From contig OX337229.1 in assembly GCA_946965045.2 (NCBI GenBank), forward strand, positions 3,596,001-3,660,000: a stretch of DNA of 64,000 nt. The letters run 5' to 3'. This stretch comes from Epithemia pelagica. Lineage: Eukaryota; Protista; Bacillariophyta. Positions 40,090-51,384 of the stretch are shown in pieces (within the stretch, counting starts at the first letter, position 1; the number at the start of each line of letters is the position of its first letter). A program made the position numbers and the translations under genes. Below the pieces are notes generated by a model. It was given only the letters and a program-made list of their open reading frames with translations. It was not told the DNA's origin and searched no databases.

Positions 40090-41550
40090 GTGGTGTCCAA
40101 GAAGGGAGACAACGCAAACGCAACCATGGAGGAGGTGGAACAGCTCAAGGCCGATCTGGAATGGGCCGAGTCCAATCTACGCACGCTCAGTCAAGGGATC
40201 CGACTAGTGGCAAGCCAAATGGTGACGAAACATCAACAACAGCAAATGGCGTCCACGTCTCGTAAGATTGTTGAAGCGGACGATGACGCTACTCACGCGA
40301 CAGCTGAAGAAACTGTGTTTTCCGAAGATGGTTTGGGTTCGGCTGTGGGCTCGAACTTGTCTTGTTTATCTCAGGATTTCGACCACAACGTTCCGGAAAG
40401 CAGTTCAAGGAGCTCTTCCTTGTACGAACAAACAAAACTATCTGATCTCTTAGCTTCGGACCGCTTGGCGCCAGGGCCAGCTGCCGATTTGTTGGCTCTT
40501 CAGAATGCTTCGGAAATGATACTGGAACACATGCGACTGGTTTCTACAGAGGCGTCCATGGCGGTGGAAGATACCATTCGGGCACAGGCAGCTTGTCGAA
40601 AATGGCAAAAGAAAGCCTTTGTAGCTCAGTCTGAATTAAAAAATGCTACGGCCGAAACCACCCAGTTGAGAGCTCAAAACAAGAAGCTGTCGGGTGAACG
40701 AAAGGTCCTTGTCAAGGAAGTTCGCAAGCTTCGAAAAGAACTGGCAGACAAGAATCAAGACACAATGTGGACTCAACTGGAGACCTATGTGACAAGTGCT
40801 CTCAACATTCATGAGCATCAATTAAAGTCATCGCAAAATCTTCCATCCAAGCCATCGCGGAGCGAAGACAGCGAGAATGACGTTGGAAGCGAGGCTGGAA
40901 ATGACGAAAAGACCAATATGAATGGGGATAACGGCAAAGTGACTCCACTTGCTAGCTCCGAAACAACAGTAAATCCAACGAAACCACGGGCAGTAACATC
41001 GAAAGCGGTCACAGAGGGGAAACAATTCACAAAACCAACGGCTGCAGGTAGAGCGGTAGCACCTCGCTTATCCACTTTCGCGGGAGGAATGGTCATGGGA
41101 TTTGGGTTCGGTCCGTATGGAAATAAACGGACCAAAGAGCCTGCAAGGCAAAATCCGATTAAGGAAGAAGCGGCAAATGCATCTTCTTCAGATGCGGACA
41201 TGGAACCAATTGCTACATCAAATTCGTCGACAGATTCAAACGACGTTGCAGACGACGAATCGACGCACACTTGCCAAGACCAGGACTGTGAGAAAACTCC
41301 ACCACCATCTCCGGGACGACCTGATTCTGATAGGGACCCCGCAACGCCGACGGCGTCAAGTTTGAAAGGCACGCTTGTTTCTATTGAAGGCAACAGGTCG
41401 AATGTTTCCAACAAACTGTTGGAATCTCCCATAACCTTTTTGGAGTCTCCAGCAGGCTCGAAACCAGCAATTTACGGCAATGACACGATTTGTGATCCCC
41501 ACATTTTGCGTTCGATGGCGTTGCCGTCCGTAAAGGGTGATGATTACTAG
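40090..41550 (+). CDS. Hypothetical coiled-coil protein with low-complexity C-terminus (first ATG at 40126; 5' end uncertain)
   Basis: 486-codon open frame with heptad-like segments (VEQLKADLEWAESNL, LRAQNKKLSGERKVLVKEVRKLRKEL); no recognised domain. Confidence 0.6.
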   Translation: MVSKKGDNANATMEEVEQLKADLEWAESNLRTLSQGIRLVASQMVTKHQQQQMASTSRKIVEADDDATHATAEETVFSEDGLGSAVGSNLSCLSQDFDHNVPESSSRSSSLYEQTKLSDLLASDRLAPGPAADLLALQNASEMILEHMRLVSTEASMAVEDTIRAQAACRKWQKKAFVAQSELKNATAETTQLRAQNKKLSGERKVLVKEVRKLRKELADKNQDTMWTQLETYVTSALNIHEHQLKSSQNLPSKPSRSEDSENDVGSEAGNDEKTNMNGDNGKVTPLASSETTVNPTKPRAVTSKAVTEGKQFTKPTAAGRAVAPRLSTFAGGMVMGFGFGPYGNKRTKEPARQNPIKEEAANASSSDADMEPIATSNSSTDSNDVADDESTHTCQDQDCEKTPPPSPGRPDSDRDPATPTASSLKGTLVSIEGNRSNVSNKLLESPITFLESPAGSKPAIYGNDTICDPHILRSMALPSVKGDDY

Positions 41551-41808
41551 GTTTTCTTCCTCTTCTAGAAGAGCATGATTGAAAAGAGAATTGCAGCGTT
41601 TGCAGTTGCTTTTGGAACGGAGTAGTGTTTTGAGAAATTCTGACTTTTGGGATGTCAGTGTGTCTGCAAAAGCTTTCCTCCGATACAGATACAGATACAA
41701 TAATATGCTACTTTAGAACCATTGCTACATATTTGAGTCCTTTCTTGTTGTCTCAAGGTCTAGGCTGCAAGATTTAGAATTCTGCCAAAGGTATGGCAAA
41801 AGTTGCCT

Positions 41809-43758
41809 CTACAATGTTGGAAGATCACCAATGCCATGACACCGTTTGTGGACAATCGCTGCCGCCATGGTGGCCAATTCGTCAGCAAGTTCCCGTGTGG
41901 ACGCTTCGGCATAGATTCGTACCACATCTTCGGTTCCAGATGGACGGATAAAGCACCGGGCCACCGCTTTCATGGGATCATCCTTGTCCTTGATATGTCG
42001 CATGGCCTGATCCAGTTCGTCTTGAACTTGTGAGGGAGCAAGACAGCGTGTCTCATTTTGGTTGGTTTCAATCATGGTCCGGTCCTGGACGCGGACTTTT
42101 AGCTGACGGCTCGGAAAATCTTGATACTGCTGTCGATACCAATCTTCCAATGTCCAACCCTTGATTTGCAATATGGCATCCACCAAAAGCAAATCGGAGA
42201 GGGCATCGCCTACTGCCTGGTTGACCAAACTAGGTAAAATGGATAATCGTTGGAACGCCGTCAACGCCTCGTCTGTTTGGGCAGACAATGTTGGTTTCGT
42301 TTCATCTTCTTTTTGTGAATGAGACGTTGCAAAGACGAGGGCTTGTTGTGCGGTACTCATGACATGATAAAAGTTGGATCCAAACAAGATTGTCCCATGT
42401 CCATTAGCTTCAAAGTAAATCCCAATATCGTATTGCTCTTGTATTACTGCGGCATGCAAGTGTTTCACTCCGGTCTTGGCAATGCATACATTGGATTCTC
42501 CCACAATGTCGTGCAAATACCCGGTCGAGGCGCCATTGGCATACGCCGTTTGAACGACACCAAGTCGCAATTCCGGCAGTTCTGTTGGGAGGTGACGACG
42601 CAAAGTCTCCAATTCTCCTTGAATGAATTGACACAACAAACAGGATATGCGATCCCCATCCAATAAACAAAGCTCCGCTGATGATGCGGCATCAAAAAAG
42701 ACGATCCGATCGGCATCTCCATCCAAGGATGCACAATAGTCCTTGACGGTCGAATCGAGTCCTGTTTCGTACCATGACGGTTCGCGCAATTGTTTCTGGA
42801 CATGTTCCGATCCGCAATTTTGATTGAGAGGGCCCATTCCTGGTCCATTGGTGATTTGGATGGAAGTGGCAACGGCGATTTGTGGAGGATGGATAGACTG
42901 TATCTTGGAATATAATTGTTGCAGTGCCAGGTATCCAACACCACAGGCACAATCCACCAGCAATGTTTTGTTGTTGGATACAGTTGTAGCCGGAATGTTT
43001 TTGATAGTTTGACACATGGCCACGTAAGAATAAGCCAACAATTCGATATAACCATCCACGTAGGGTCGTGGTGGAATCAGTGTCCGTGGAAGGTAATGCC
43101 TGGAATTTGCATGTAGGACTGAGTGATGAAGCATGGGGGTGGTCACAACTCCCAGGTCCACCACACGACCTCCCAATGCGACAGCGGTTTGGATCAAACA
43201 GTCACGAAATACAAGGGAATGAGAACGCGTATCTCGTCCCACGTACAAGAGCGGTACGATTGCACTTTGGTTTGATGAGTTATCGTCCTCCTGGGATGAC
43301 AGTGCCTTGATCTTGTGTTGTTCTTGTCGTTGTTCGGTAATCCATGTCCAGAGTTGCTCTAGATTGTCATGGTTGACGATCCAACTAATCCGTTCTTCCC
43401 ATGATTGTGGAATCATGCCACCATTTGGATGAACAATTTTGACTCCATTGTAAGATTCGTCATTGTGAGAGGCCGTTATCATTACCCCCACGGCACTTCC
43501 ACCACAGGACAAAGACTGGAGTACTCCAAAGGCCGCCGTGCGACTCATGACCTTCGAAAGGGGTGCCGTATGGACTAGCTCCCGAAACCCGGCCGTGCCA
43601 TACGTTACCCTTGTCGTTTTCCTTGTCGTTCCTGTCGGTTTCGTCTCCAGTTGACTGATCGCCGCAGTTTTCGCCTCATGGTCGTCATGAGCATCGTCAC
43701 CCAGTAGTTCCATCGCTACGCTTTTTGATTCATTCGGATTCTCAATAATTGGACCCAT
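41809..43758 (-). CDS. PGM3: Phosphoacetylglucosamine mutase
   Basis: YGTAGFR, GVMITASHN (phosphoserine loop), SLDGDADRI (metal loop), GIYFEANGHGT, FIRPSGTEDVVRIYAEA. Confidence 0.95.
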   Translation of the reverse strand: MGPIIENPNESKSVAMELLGDDAHDDHEAKTAAISQLETKPTGTTRKTTRVTYGTAGFRELVHTAPLSKVMSRTAAFGVLQSLSCGGSAVGVMITASHNDESYNGVKIVHPNGGMIPQSWEERISWIVNHDNLEQLWTWITEQRQEQHKIKALSSQEDDNSSNQSAIVPLLYVGRDTRSHSLVFRDCLIQTAVALGGRVVDLGVVTTPMLHHSVLHANSRHYLPRTLIPPRPYVDGYIELLAYSYVAMCQTIKNIPATTVSNNKTLLVDCACGVGYLALQQLYSKIQSIHPPQIAVATSIQITNGPGMGPLNQNCGSEHVQKQLREPSWYETGLDSTVKDYCASLDGDADRIVFFDAASSAELCLLDGDRISCLLCQFIQGELETLRRHLPTELPELRLGVVQTAYANGASTGYLHDIVGESNVCIAKTGVKHLHAAVIQEQYDIGIYFEANGHGTILFGSNFYHVMSTAQQALVFATSHSQKEDETKPTLSAQTDEALTAFQRLSILPSLVNQAVGDALSDLLLVDAILQIKGWTLEDWYRQQYQDFPSRQLKVRVQDRTMIETNQNETRCLAPSQVQDELDQAMRHIKDKDDPMKAVARCFIRPSGTEDVVRIYAEASTRELADELATMAAAIVHKRCHGIGDLPTL

Positions 43759-44279
43759 GACTGACAGTGCAACCTTTTGTTGTTGAGCAGACTCGATGGC
43801 TGCAATAGCATTTCATGCATGTACACGGAATATCCTTCAAAAATCTTGAAATGACCGCGATAACAGAGCATCATTTTTTGGTCGCAGAAAAATAGCAAAA
43901 GATTACCCAAAACTACCGTATGCCATAAGAGCGGCTTAGCTGACTCCAGCTATGGTTGTTGGATGTTGGATGCAAGAAATGTGCCAGAAAGAATGGTCCG
44001 ATGCCCTTTCCATCAAGTGAGCAATGATGAGTAAGGAAGATACAGGTGCTGAATCATCATCATTATCGCTGCCACGACAGTCCACAAAAATTCTTCGACT
44101 CAACACGTAGAAAGCATAAAGCCTGAAACGAAGCGAGAAGAAAAAACTACAATCACCTCAAATGGAATGAAGATAGCCACGTTGAGAGTCGAAACGAGAA
44201 GTCGATGTTGCCGCAAGAAAACGGTAGGCAGGTACATCTGCGAATACTTCAACCTTAAACCTCTAGAGGAGTACCTACC

Positions 44280-44353
44280 TAGGAGTATAGCCTTTCTACC
44301 TAATCCTACCTCCTCTAGTAGGAGTAGCTCTCACTCTTGTAGGACTAGGAGTA
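44280..44353. promoter_or_regulatory. Three TAGGAGTA motifs at the PGM3 / GAF-kinase divergent region
   Basis: Exact copies at 44280, 44319 and 44346. Confidence 0.45.
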
Positions 44354-44397
44354 AGGTTAGCTAACCTTACGAGTAGAGCCACAAAGAGAGGAGTAGG

Positions 44398-44549
44398 TAA
44401 GAAAGTATGTATGTCGTACGTATGAAAATCGAGAAGATAGGGAGTAGTGACTCCGTAACCTATATTTTAGTTCACTTCTTTGTTTGGAATGACTTTTGTA
44501 CCCGTGCACCCATGACGGTGCTCGGTATGCCCAACGGACGGGTTTATCA
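44398..44549 (+). repeat. 5' LTR of Copia element 2
   Basis: TAAGAAAGTATG...GGGTTTATCA, repeated at 51113. Confidence 0.9.
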
Positions 44550-45407
44550 GACCCAAACTGACGGACAACATGGAAGTAGACGGTCCAATGCCTGGACAGA
44601 TGGCTGCGATCGTTGGCGTAATGCCCCAAGCCGGTAAGGCAAACCGACAGATATAACCCAACTGTCGGGGCTCATTGGTTGACCTATTGCACCTGTGAAT
44701 GGGCTCGTGCAGGCACAATGATAATGGTACCTTACTATCGTTTGGCGCTACCGTTGTCTGCGAAAAGGTGCGCAGTTTGGGGGAATGGCGACGGTCTTCC
44801 CTACTGGATCCATCCTAGTGAACCAGATCCGCCATGGTTGCGGAATTCGAAATCAGAACGCATCCCAAAACCAGTTATATGTGTGATTCGCATTTTACCC
44901 TGGGAAAATGGTCCAGAGAATATTCCTGGGACCAGTCTTCATGTGGATGAAATCGGGGCATGTGTCCGAAACAGCCTTCTCAACGGAAGGGGGGTACTCA
45001 TTGTTGCACAGTGCTGAATTTTGGAATAAGTACAGTGTCGCACTGCAACCGTTTGGGACTTGTCTCACATTTTGCGGTTTGTTATCCCTCTGGCCGAGAG
45101 CACATGAGCTTAGCTCTATGTGAGGCCTTCCACTGCAGGACAAAATATACCTAGACGTGGTTCGGGTGTCTTGTGGAACCGACGAAAAGACTTTTCCGGG
45201 CTCCTATGTGGATCTAGCCAATTAGGGCCAAGATCATGTGGGTTAGGTCTGGCACGACCGATTTTGAGCAACAATCAAGGATTGTGTGCAAACCAGTAGT
45301 GGTTCTACGTAGGTAATGGATTAAAATCATGGCAAAACTCGTCTTGGAAAGCTCACTTTTGAGGAAGTGTTTCAAGAAGTTACGAGTTGATTGTTGTTTT
45401 GACTACC

Positions 45408-46916
45408 ATGGCCGCTCCAGCTGCCATGCGTCAGGCGTTCATCCGCCTCCAGTTCTCCAACCCGGCATCCCAGTACCTTGTAGACCGCCAAGGACTCTCC
45501 TCGATCGAAGACCTCCGCGACTTGGACGACGACGGCGTCACCAATCTCTGCAAGGCCGTCCGTCGCCCCGGTGGTGTCCAAGCTCCTCCTGCCGCTGCGG
45601 CAGGAGTTGCAGCTCCGCCGCCTGTCCCTAATCCAGGCTTTGAGGTTTCTATCCTAGCCGAGACGAATCTCAAGTTGGCATGCTACTTCGTCCGCCACCG
45701 TATCCGCATCGATCGGGCCACCACGCCGAACGATTTGACGATGGCGAACATTCGCCCTATGCGAGACCTCAAGGAATATGAGACCATGCACGATGATCCG
45801 GAAGCACCCGAGCTCGACAATCGTGACTGGCCGTGGAACATCGAGTTGATTAAGGAGTATTTTGCCGAGTGCCAAGGCACGTCCGGTATACCTTTGGCGT
45901 ACGTGATCCGGACGGACGAATTCCCCGGAGCTGACCCGCAAGGTGGATTTGAGTCCGACGAGGCCGAGATGATTGCACGCGCTCGTCACTGTGTTGGAAA
46001 CGGACCGAACGACGGTTTTACCCGTCAGTACTTGCAGGATCGGGCCAAGGTTTGGATCCGTTTGTCCGCTATGTGTGAACGGATGGATTGCTCGACCTAC
46101 ATCCGCAAGGCGAGCCGAAAGCGCGACGGGCGAGCGGCTTATCAAGCCTTGTTTGACCATTACTTAGGGCCGAACAACGCGAACAATTTGGCCAACGAAG
46201 CTGAACGGAAACTTATGAACACGAGTTACAACGGTGAACATAAACGGTTCAACTTCGAGAAATACTGTAAGATCCACGTGAATCAGCACGCGATCTTAGA
46301 AGGATTACGCCAGCAGGGCGTCCATCCTGGCATCGATGACCGTTCTAAGGTTCGGCATCTGATGGACGGAATCAAGACCGACCAATTTCAAGCGGTGAAG
46401 ACGCGAATCATGTCGGATGATTCTCTACAAGCCGATTTCACTCGTGCCGTCTCCTTGTTTAAGGATTTCTTAGCACAGCGTCCATCGGCTAGTCAGTCTC
46501 AAGTATCGAGTATCAGTACCAAGACTGATTCTTATTCTGGTAAGACTAAGTCTGGGGGGAAGGCTAGTGGCGGCGTAGAAGACCGATATTATAAGAAAGA
46601 CGAATATCAGAAGCTTTCTCACGCCCAGCGCAAGAAGTTGAAGGAAATGCGGGAGAATCGCACGGGCAAGGGCGATTCCAGCAAGCCCAAAGAGATGAAG
46701 TTCTTTTCCAAGAAGTTTCAGAGGAACATCGCTGCCCTGTCCGTTCTCGCGAAGAATTCAATGAGCTTGCCCCCATTGCGCGATCCACCTCGAGCCAGCG
46801 GCAATGACTCATCGTCCGATAGTTCCGATGATGATGCCAAGCCTGCGGCAAAGCGCAAGTCCGAGTCGAATCGCGACAATCCGGCGCTAACCCGCCAGAA
46901 GAAGTCACGGAAATGA
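45408..46916 (+). CDS. Gag of Copia element 2 (502 aa)
   Basis: Intact ORF with LFDHYLGPNN...YNGEHKRFNFEKY...H and KVRHLMDGIK, the pattern of Copia-type gag proteins. Confidence 0.85.
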   Translation: MAAPAAMRQAFIRLQFSNPASQYLVDRQGLSSIEDLRDLDDDGVTNLCKAVRRPGGVQAPPAAAAGVAAPPPVPNPGFEVSILAETNLKLACYFVRHRIRIDRATTPNDLTMANIRPMRDLKEYETMHDDPEAPELDNRDWPWNIELIKEYFAECQGTSGIPLAYVIRTDEFPGADPQGGFESDEAEMIARARHCVGNGPNDGFTRQYLQDRAKVWIRLSAMCERMDCSTYIRKASRKRDGRAAYQALFDHYLGPNNANNLANEAERKLMNTSYNGEHKRFNFEKYCKIHVNQHAILEGLRQQGVHPGIDDRSKVRHLMDGIKTDQFQAVKTRIMSDDSLQADFTRAVSLFKDFLAQRPSASQSQVSSISTKTDSYSGKTKSGGKASGGVEDRYYKKDEYQKLSHAQRKKLKEMRENRTGKGDSSKPKEMKFFSKKFQRNIAALSVLAKNSMSLPPLRDPPRASGNDSSSDSSDDDAKPAAKRKSESNRDNPALTRQKKSRK

Positions 46917-49900
46917 GCGGTGGTCCGCTCAGTGCGTGTCGGTGCGGTCGACACGTCCGATGAGGGCGAGTCTCGTACCGAGCTTGATAGTATGCGGACA
47001 CGTGTGTTGTTGGAAGGTCTGCGATGGTGGTACAGGACTACGGCCGCCCTGTGGATGTCAAGGGATATGATTCTTCTCAGGGTGTGGTTCACAAGAGTTG
47101 CAAGACTATAAGTGCAGCTCTAGCTTACGATTGCCCCGATACCGGTGAAGTATTGATCCTAATCGTGAACCAGGCCATTTATATACCATCGATTCCTTAC
47201 AACCTCCTGTGTCCTATGCAGTTGTGGATGAATGACGTGCAAGTTTCGGACCAACCGAAATTCTTGACCGATAATCCCGACAATAAGACACACGCACTGG
47301 TCCTGAAAGATCAGGACGATGAGGATTTTGTGATACCCCTTGATTCATGTGGTGTCACTTCCTATTTCCCTACAAGGACCCCCACTTCCGACGAATGTGC
47401 TTCATGTCGGCGCTTTGATTTGACTAGTCCCGACCCGCCGTGGGACCCCCAAGATGACTCTTTCGCTCGGGATGAAATGTCGGCCCGAGCGGCCCTCCAA
47501 CGATCGATTTCCACCGTTCGCTCAAGGGGACCCAATGACCCTTTCACGACTTTGTTTTCCGATTCGCGACCGTCGGAAACCGCATGCTTCGCGACTGCTC
47601 TGCAAGCACGCGTGGCGACTCTTTCCGTTACACAAACTACTCCTTCTGGAAAAGCTATCGATGCCAAGACTTTGGCACGTCGATGGGGATGTGGATTGGA
47701 ACGTGCTGCGGATACCCTTCGAGTGACGACGCAACGTGGTCTACGTACCACATTGAACCCTCTGACCAAGAGGTTCACGACGAACGACCGGTTCCACCGA
47801 TACCGGCCATTGCCTCATGCCTTATTCACGGACACTATGTTTTCAAAGGTGAAGTCTAGGCTGGGTAATACTTGTGCTCAAGTCTTCACGGCAAGGAATG
47901 GATGGACTAGAGCGTACCCTCTGACCTCGAAAGGCGATGCACACGAAGCTTTGTCGCTGTTGCTCCAGAGGGAAGGCCGTCCACCGGAACTAATCATGGA
48001 TGGTGCCGCGGAACAGGTCAAGGGCAAGTTCAGGAAGAAGTCTAGAGAGGCTGGTTATCGAGTGAAACAGTTGGAGCCCTATACTCCATGGGCAAATGCG
48101 GCTGAGAGTGCAATTAGGGAGTTGAAGCATGGTACCGGACGGAAAATGGTCTCTACTAAATCTCCCAAGGTATTGTGGGATCATTGCCTCGAGTTGGAAG
48201 CCTATATCAGATCGGCTACATGTCATAGTAATTTCGAGCTGTCAGGTCAAGTCCCGGAAACGGCAATGTACGGGGAGACCTTTGACATTTCACTCTTGGC
48301 TGGATATGGGTGGTACGACTGGGTTTACTACTACGACTCAGCGGCCAACTACCCGGAAGACAAGGAGAAATTGGGTAGGTACCTAGGTCCTGCGACGGAC
48401 ATGGGACCCGCACATGCAATTAAGATTTTAGCCGAGTCAGGAATGATCAAGATTCGCTCGACCTACCGACATCTGACGGACGACGAAATCCGTGACCCGA
48501 CTGAAATAGAGAAGAGAAAAGACTACGCGAGCAAGGTCAACGAGAAGTTAGGCAGTGTAGCTAAAGTCGAAGACTACGATGGTCTAGTTGATGTGGAAAC
48601 GCCGACCTACGAGGCGTATGAAGACGATGACGACCCCAAGCCACCGATTGCACCCGACATTGACGACATCACACCAGACACCTACGACAACTACGTTGGA
48701 GCTGACGTCTTGTTGCCGAAGGGTGATGCAATGGTGACGGGCAAGGTGAAAAGACGGTCCAAGACCAGCGATGGCCGTCTCAAGGGGACGTCGTCCCACA
48801 ACCCAATTCTAGACTCGAGAGTCTATGTTGTTGAGTTTCCAGACGGCGAGACGTCTGAGTATGCCGTGAATGTCATCGCGGAAAATATGTAGGCGCAGTG
48901 CGATGCCGAAGGAAACCAATTCTTGCTGTTGGACAGCATTGTTGATCATCGCAAGACCAAAGCCGCTGTCGACCACGATAACCGCCACGTTGTTGTCCGA
49001 GGACGGAAGCACAAGAAGAAGACGACGAAAGGGTGGGAGTTGTGCGTCCAGTGGCGCGACGGATCAACGTCCTGGGAGCGCCTGGCCGGACTGAAGGAAT
49101 CAAATCCGATTGAAGTGGCGGAGTACGCCGTCGCAAAGCAGATTGAAAACGAGCCAGCGTTTGATTGGTGGGTGAGTAAGTTCCTCCGACGACGAGACCG
49201 GATTCTCGCCGCCGTCAACAGCCGCTATCACAAGCGGACGCACAAGTTTGGGATCGAAATCCCCAAGACTGTTGCCGAAGCATATGAACTGGACAGAAGG
49301 AACGGCAACAACTTGTGGCGAAAGGCCATCGAAGAAGAGATGGAAGCTGTTCGAGTGGCGTTCAAGTTGATGGAAGACGACGAGAAACCAGCTCCTGGCT
49401 TCCAGGAGATCCGATGCCACATGGTTTTTGACGTAAAAATGGAAGATTTCAGGAGAAAAGCACGGTTTGTAGCGGGTGGACACACAACAGAGGCACCAGC
49501 AACATTGACTTATGCCAGTGTTGTATCTCGAGAAAGTGTTTGTATTGCCCTCACTATTGCCGCTCTCAACGACCTAGAGGTCAAAACGTCCGACATCAAG
49601 AATGCTTATTTAACTGCGCCGAACAGTGAGAAAATCTGGACTGTACTGGGCCCCGAGTTTGGGTCCAACGCTGGGAAGCGTGCATATATTGTACGAGCAC
49701 TGTATGGGTTAAAGAGTGCCGGTGCGAGTTTCCGCAACCACCTTGCGAGTTGTATGAGAACTCTTGGGTACGATCCGTGCTTGGGTGCTGATCGAGACTT
49801 GTGGATGAAGCCTATGACACGTCCAAGTGACGGTCACAAGTACTACGCCTATGTATTGCTGTACGTAGACAATGTCTTGGCCATATCGCACGATGCGACT

Positions 49901-50983
49901 GCGATGTTACACGAGTTAGATCATTTCTTCTCTATGAAGCCGGGCTCGATCGGAAATCCTGACATGTACCTTGGAGGGAAGCTTAAGCCCATGACCATGC
50001 CCAATTCTGTTGTCAGTTGGGCCATGAGTTCGAGCAAGTATGTACAAGAAGCTGTTTCGAATGTTGAGACGTATTTGGAACACGAGTGTGGCGGCTGCAA
50101 GCTTGCGAAACGCGCGGCGACTCCGTTCCCATCAGAATATGACCCAGTTCTGGACGTGACGGATCAACTGAATGAAGACGAGGTGTCGTTCTTCCAGTCC
50201 CAGATTGGCGTCCTCAGATGGATGGTCGAACTGGGAAGGGTGGATATCATGACCGAAACATCATTATTAGCATCCCAAGTGGCATGTCCACGACAAGGAC
50301 ATTTGGAAGCAGTGTTCCATATGTATTCCTATTTGAAAATCAAGCACAATGCCAGAATGGCATTTGATCCGACCTATCCCGAGATAGACCTCCGAGAATT
50401 TCGTGAAGATTGCGATTGGAAGGAGTTCTACGGTGATGTAAAGGAGGCAGTTCCACCGAATGCACCAAAGGCACGTGGTAAAGAAGTGGATCTGCGGCTG
50501 TATGTTGACTCGGATCATGCTGGTGACAAGATGGTACGGCGATCTAGAACTGGATTCTTCATCTTTATGAATATGGCACCTTTCATATGGTATACCAAGC
50601 GACAAGCGACCATCAAAACATCCATTTTTGGAGCTGAGTTTGTTGCAATGAAGACGGGCATGGAGGCCGTCAGGGGACTACGCTACAAATTACGGATGAT
50701 GGGAGTGCCGTTGTCTGGTCCTACCTATGTTTATGGCAATAATATGTCCGTGATTCATAACACATCGAAGCCGGAATTATCGCTGAAGAAGAAGTCCAAT
50801 TCTATTTGTTATCATGCTGTCAGAGAAGCCGTTGCCATGGGTGAATTGTTGACTACACATATTCCCACGCAGCATAATCCAGCCGATTTGGCTACCAAGG
50901 TGATTCCAGGAGGACAGAAACGCAATCATTTGTTGAGTCTGATCCTTTGGGATATTACTGATGATCATGGATCCCCAGAGTGA
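46917..50983 (+). pseudogene. Pol of Copia element 2, with a 1-bp deletion at about 46991/46992 and a TAG at 48890-48892
   Basis: Restoring one base yields the protease motif ELDSHADTCVVG; integrase FTDTMF / IMDGA / WANAAESAIRELK; RT YVDN (expected YVDD); RNase H YVDSDHA / GAEF / YGNN. Confidence 0.9.
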
Positions 50984-51112
50984 GTCCTTTCCTCATCTTC
51001 GTTTATGAGGTTTTGTGCAGGTCTTGAGGTTTCCTGGGCTAGTTGGCCCGAATACACTTACTACTGGGATGGCAAACAGTTCTCAATGGGATCGAGTACT
51101 GTTTGAGGGGAC

Positions 51113-51264
51113 TAAGAAAGTATGTATGTCGTACGTATGAAAATCGAGAAGATAGGGAGTAGTGACTCTGTAACCTATATTTTAGTTCACTTCTTTGTTT
51201 GGAATGACTTTTGTACCCGTGCACCCATGACGGTGCTCCGTATGCCCAACCGACGGGTTTTTTT
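51113..51264 (+). repeat. 3' LTR of Copia element 2
   Basis: Follows the PPT; about 96% identical to the 5' LTR by manual comparison. Confidence 0.9.
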
Positions 51265-51384
51265 ATAGGCATAGCCCTTTGCAATTGGGATCGTCAATCG
51301 AGTGAAATTGGTGAACCCCTTTTGACAACTACGAATAAGCATCGCCCTTTCCCTACACGGGAAACCTTTTGTAACTTCAATACC

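Larger units (their letters stand above)
44398..51264 (+). mobile_element. Degenerate Ty1/Copia LTR retrotransposon (CoDi-like, separate gag and pol frames), about 6.87 kb
   Basis: LTRs of about 152 bp (44398-44549 and 51113-51264; about 6 differences), PPT GAGGGGA at 51105-51111, flanking duplication TAGG (or G/A-TAGG), and PR-IN-RT-RH order. Confidence 0.92.

Noticed and set aside
44541-44553. Canonical initiator-Met PBS (TGGTATCAGAGC) for element 2
   Set aside because: Only TATCAGA matches, the TGG is absent, and the match overlaps the apparent LTR end.
44679-45017. 112-aa ORF in the leader of Copia element 2 as a second extra ORF
   Set aside because: Non-ATG start in the track, short, no recognisable composition or motif, and several equally long overlapping ORFs on both strands.
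51211-51384. N-terminal extension of the GAF protein in the ORF track
   Set aside because: It starts at a non-ATG codon inside the LTR; ATG 51385 is the plausible start. Kept only as a note in the LTR-promoter finding.
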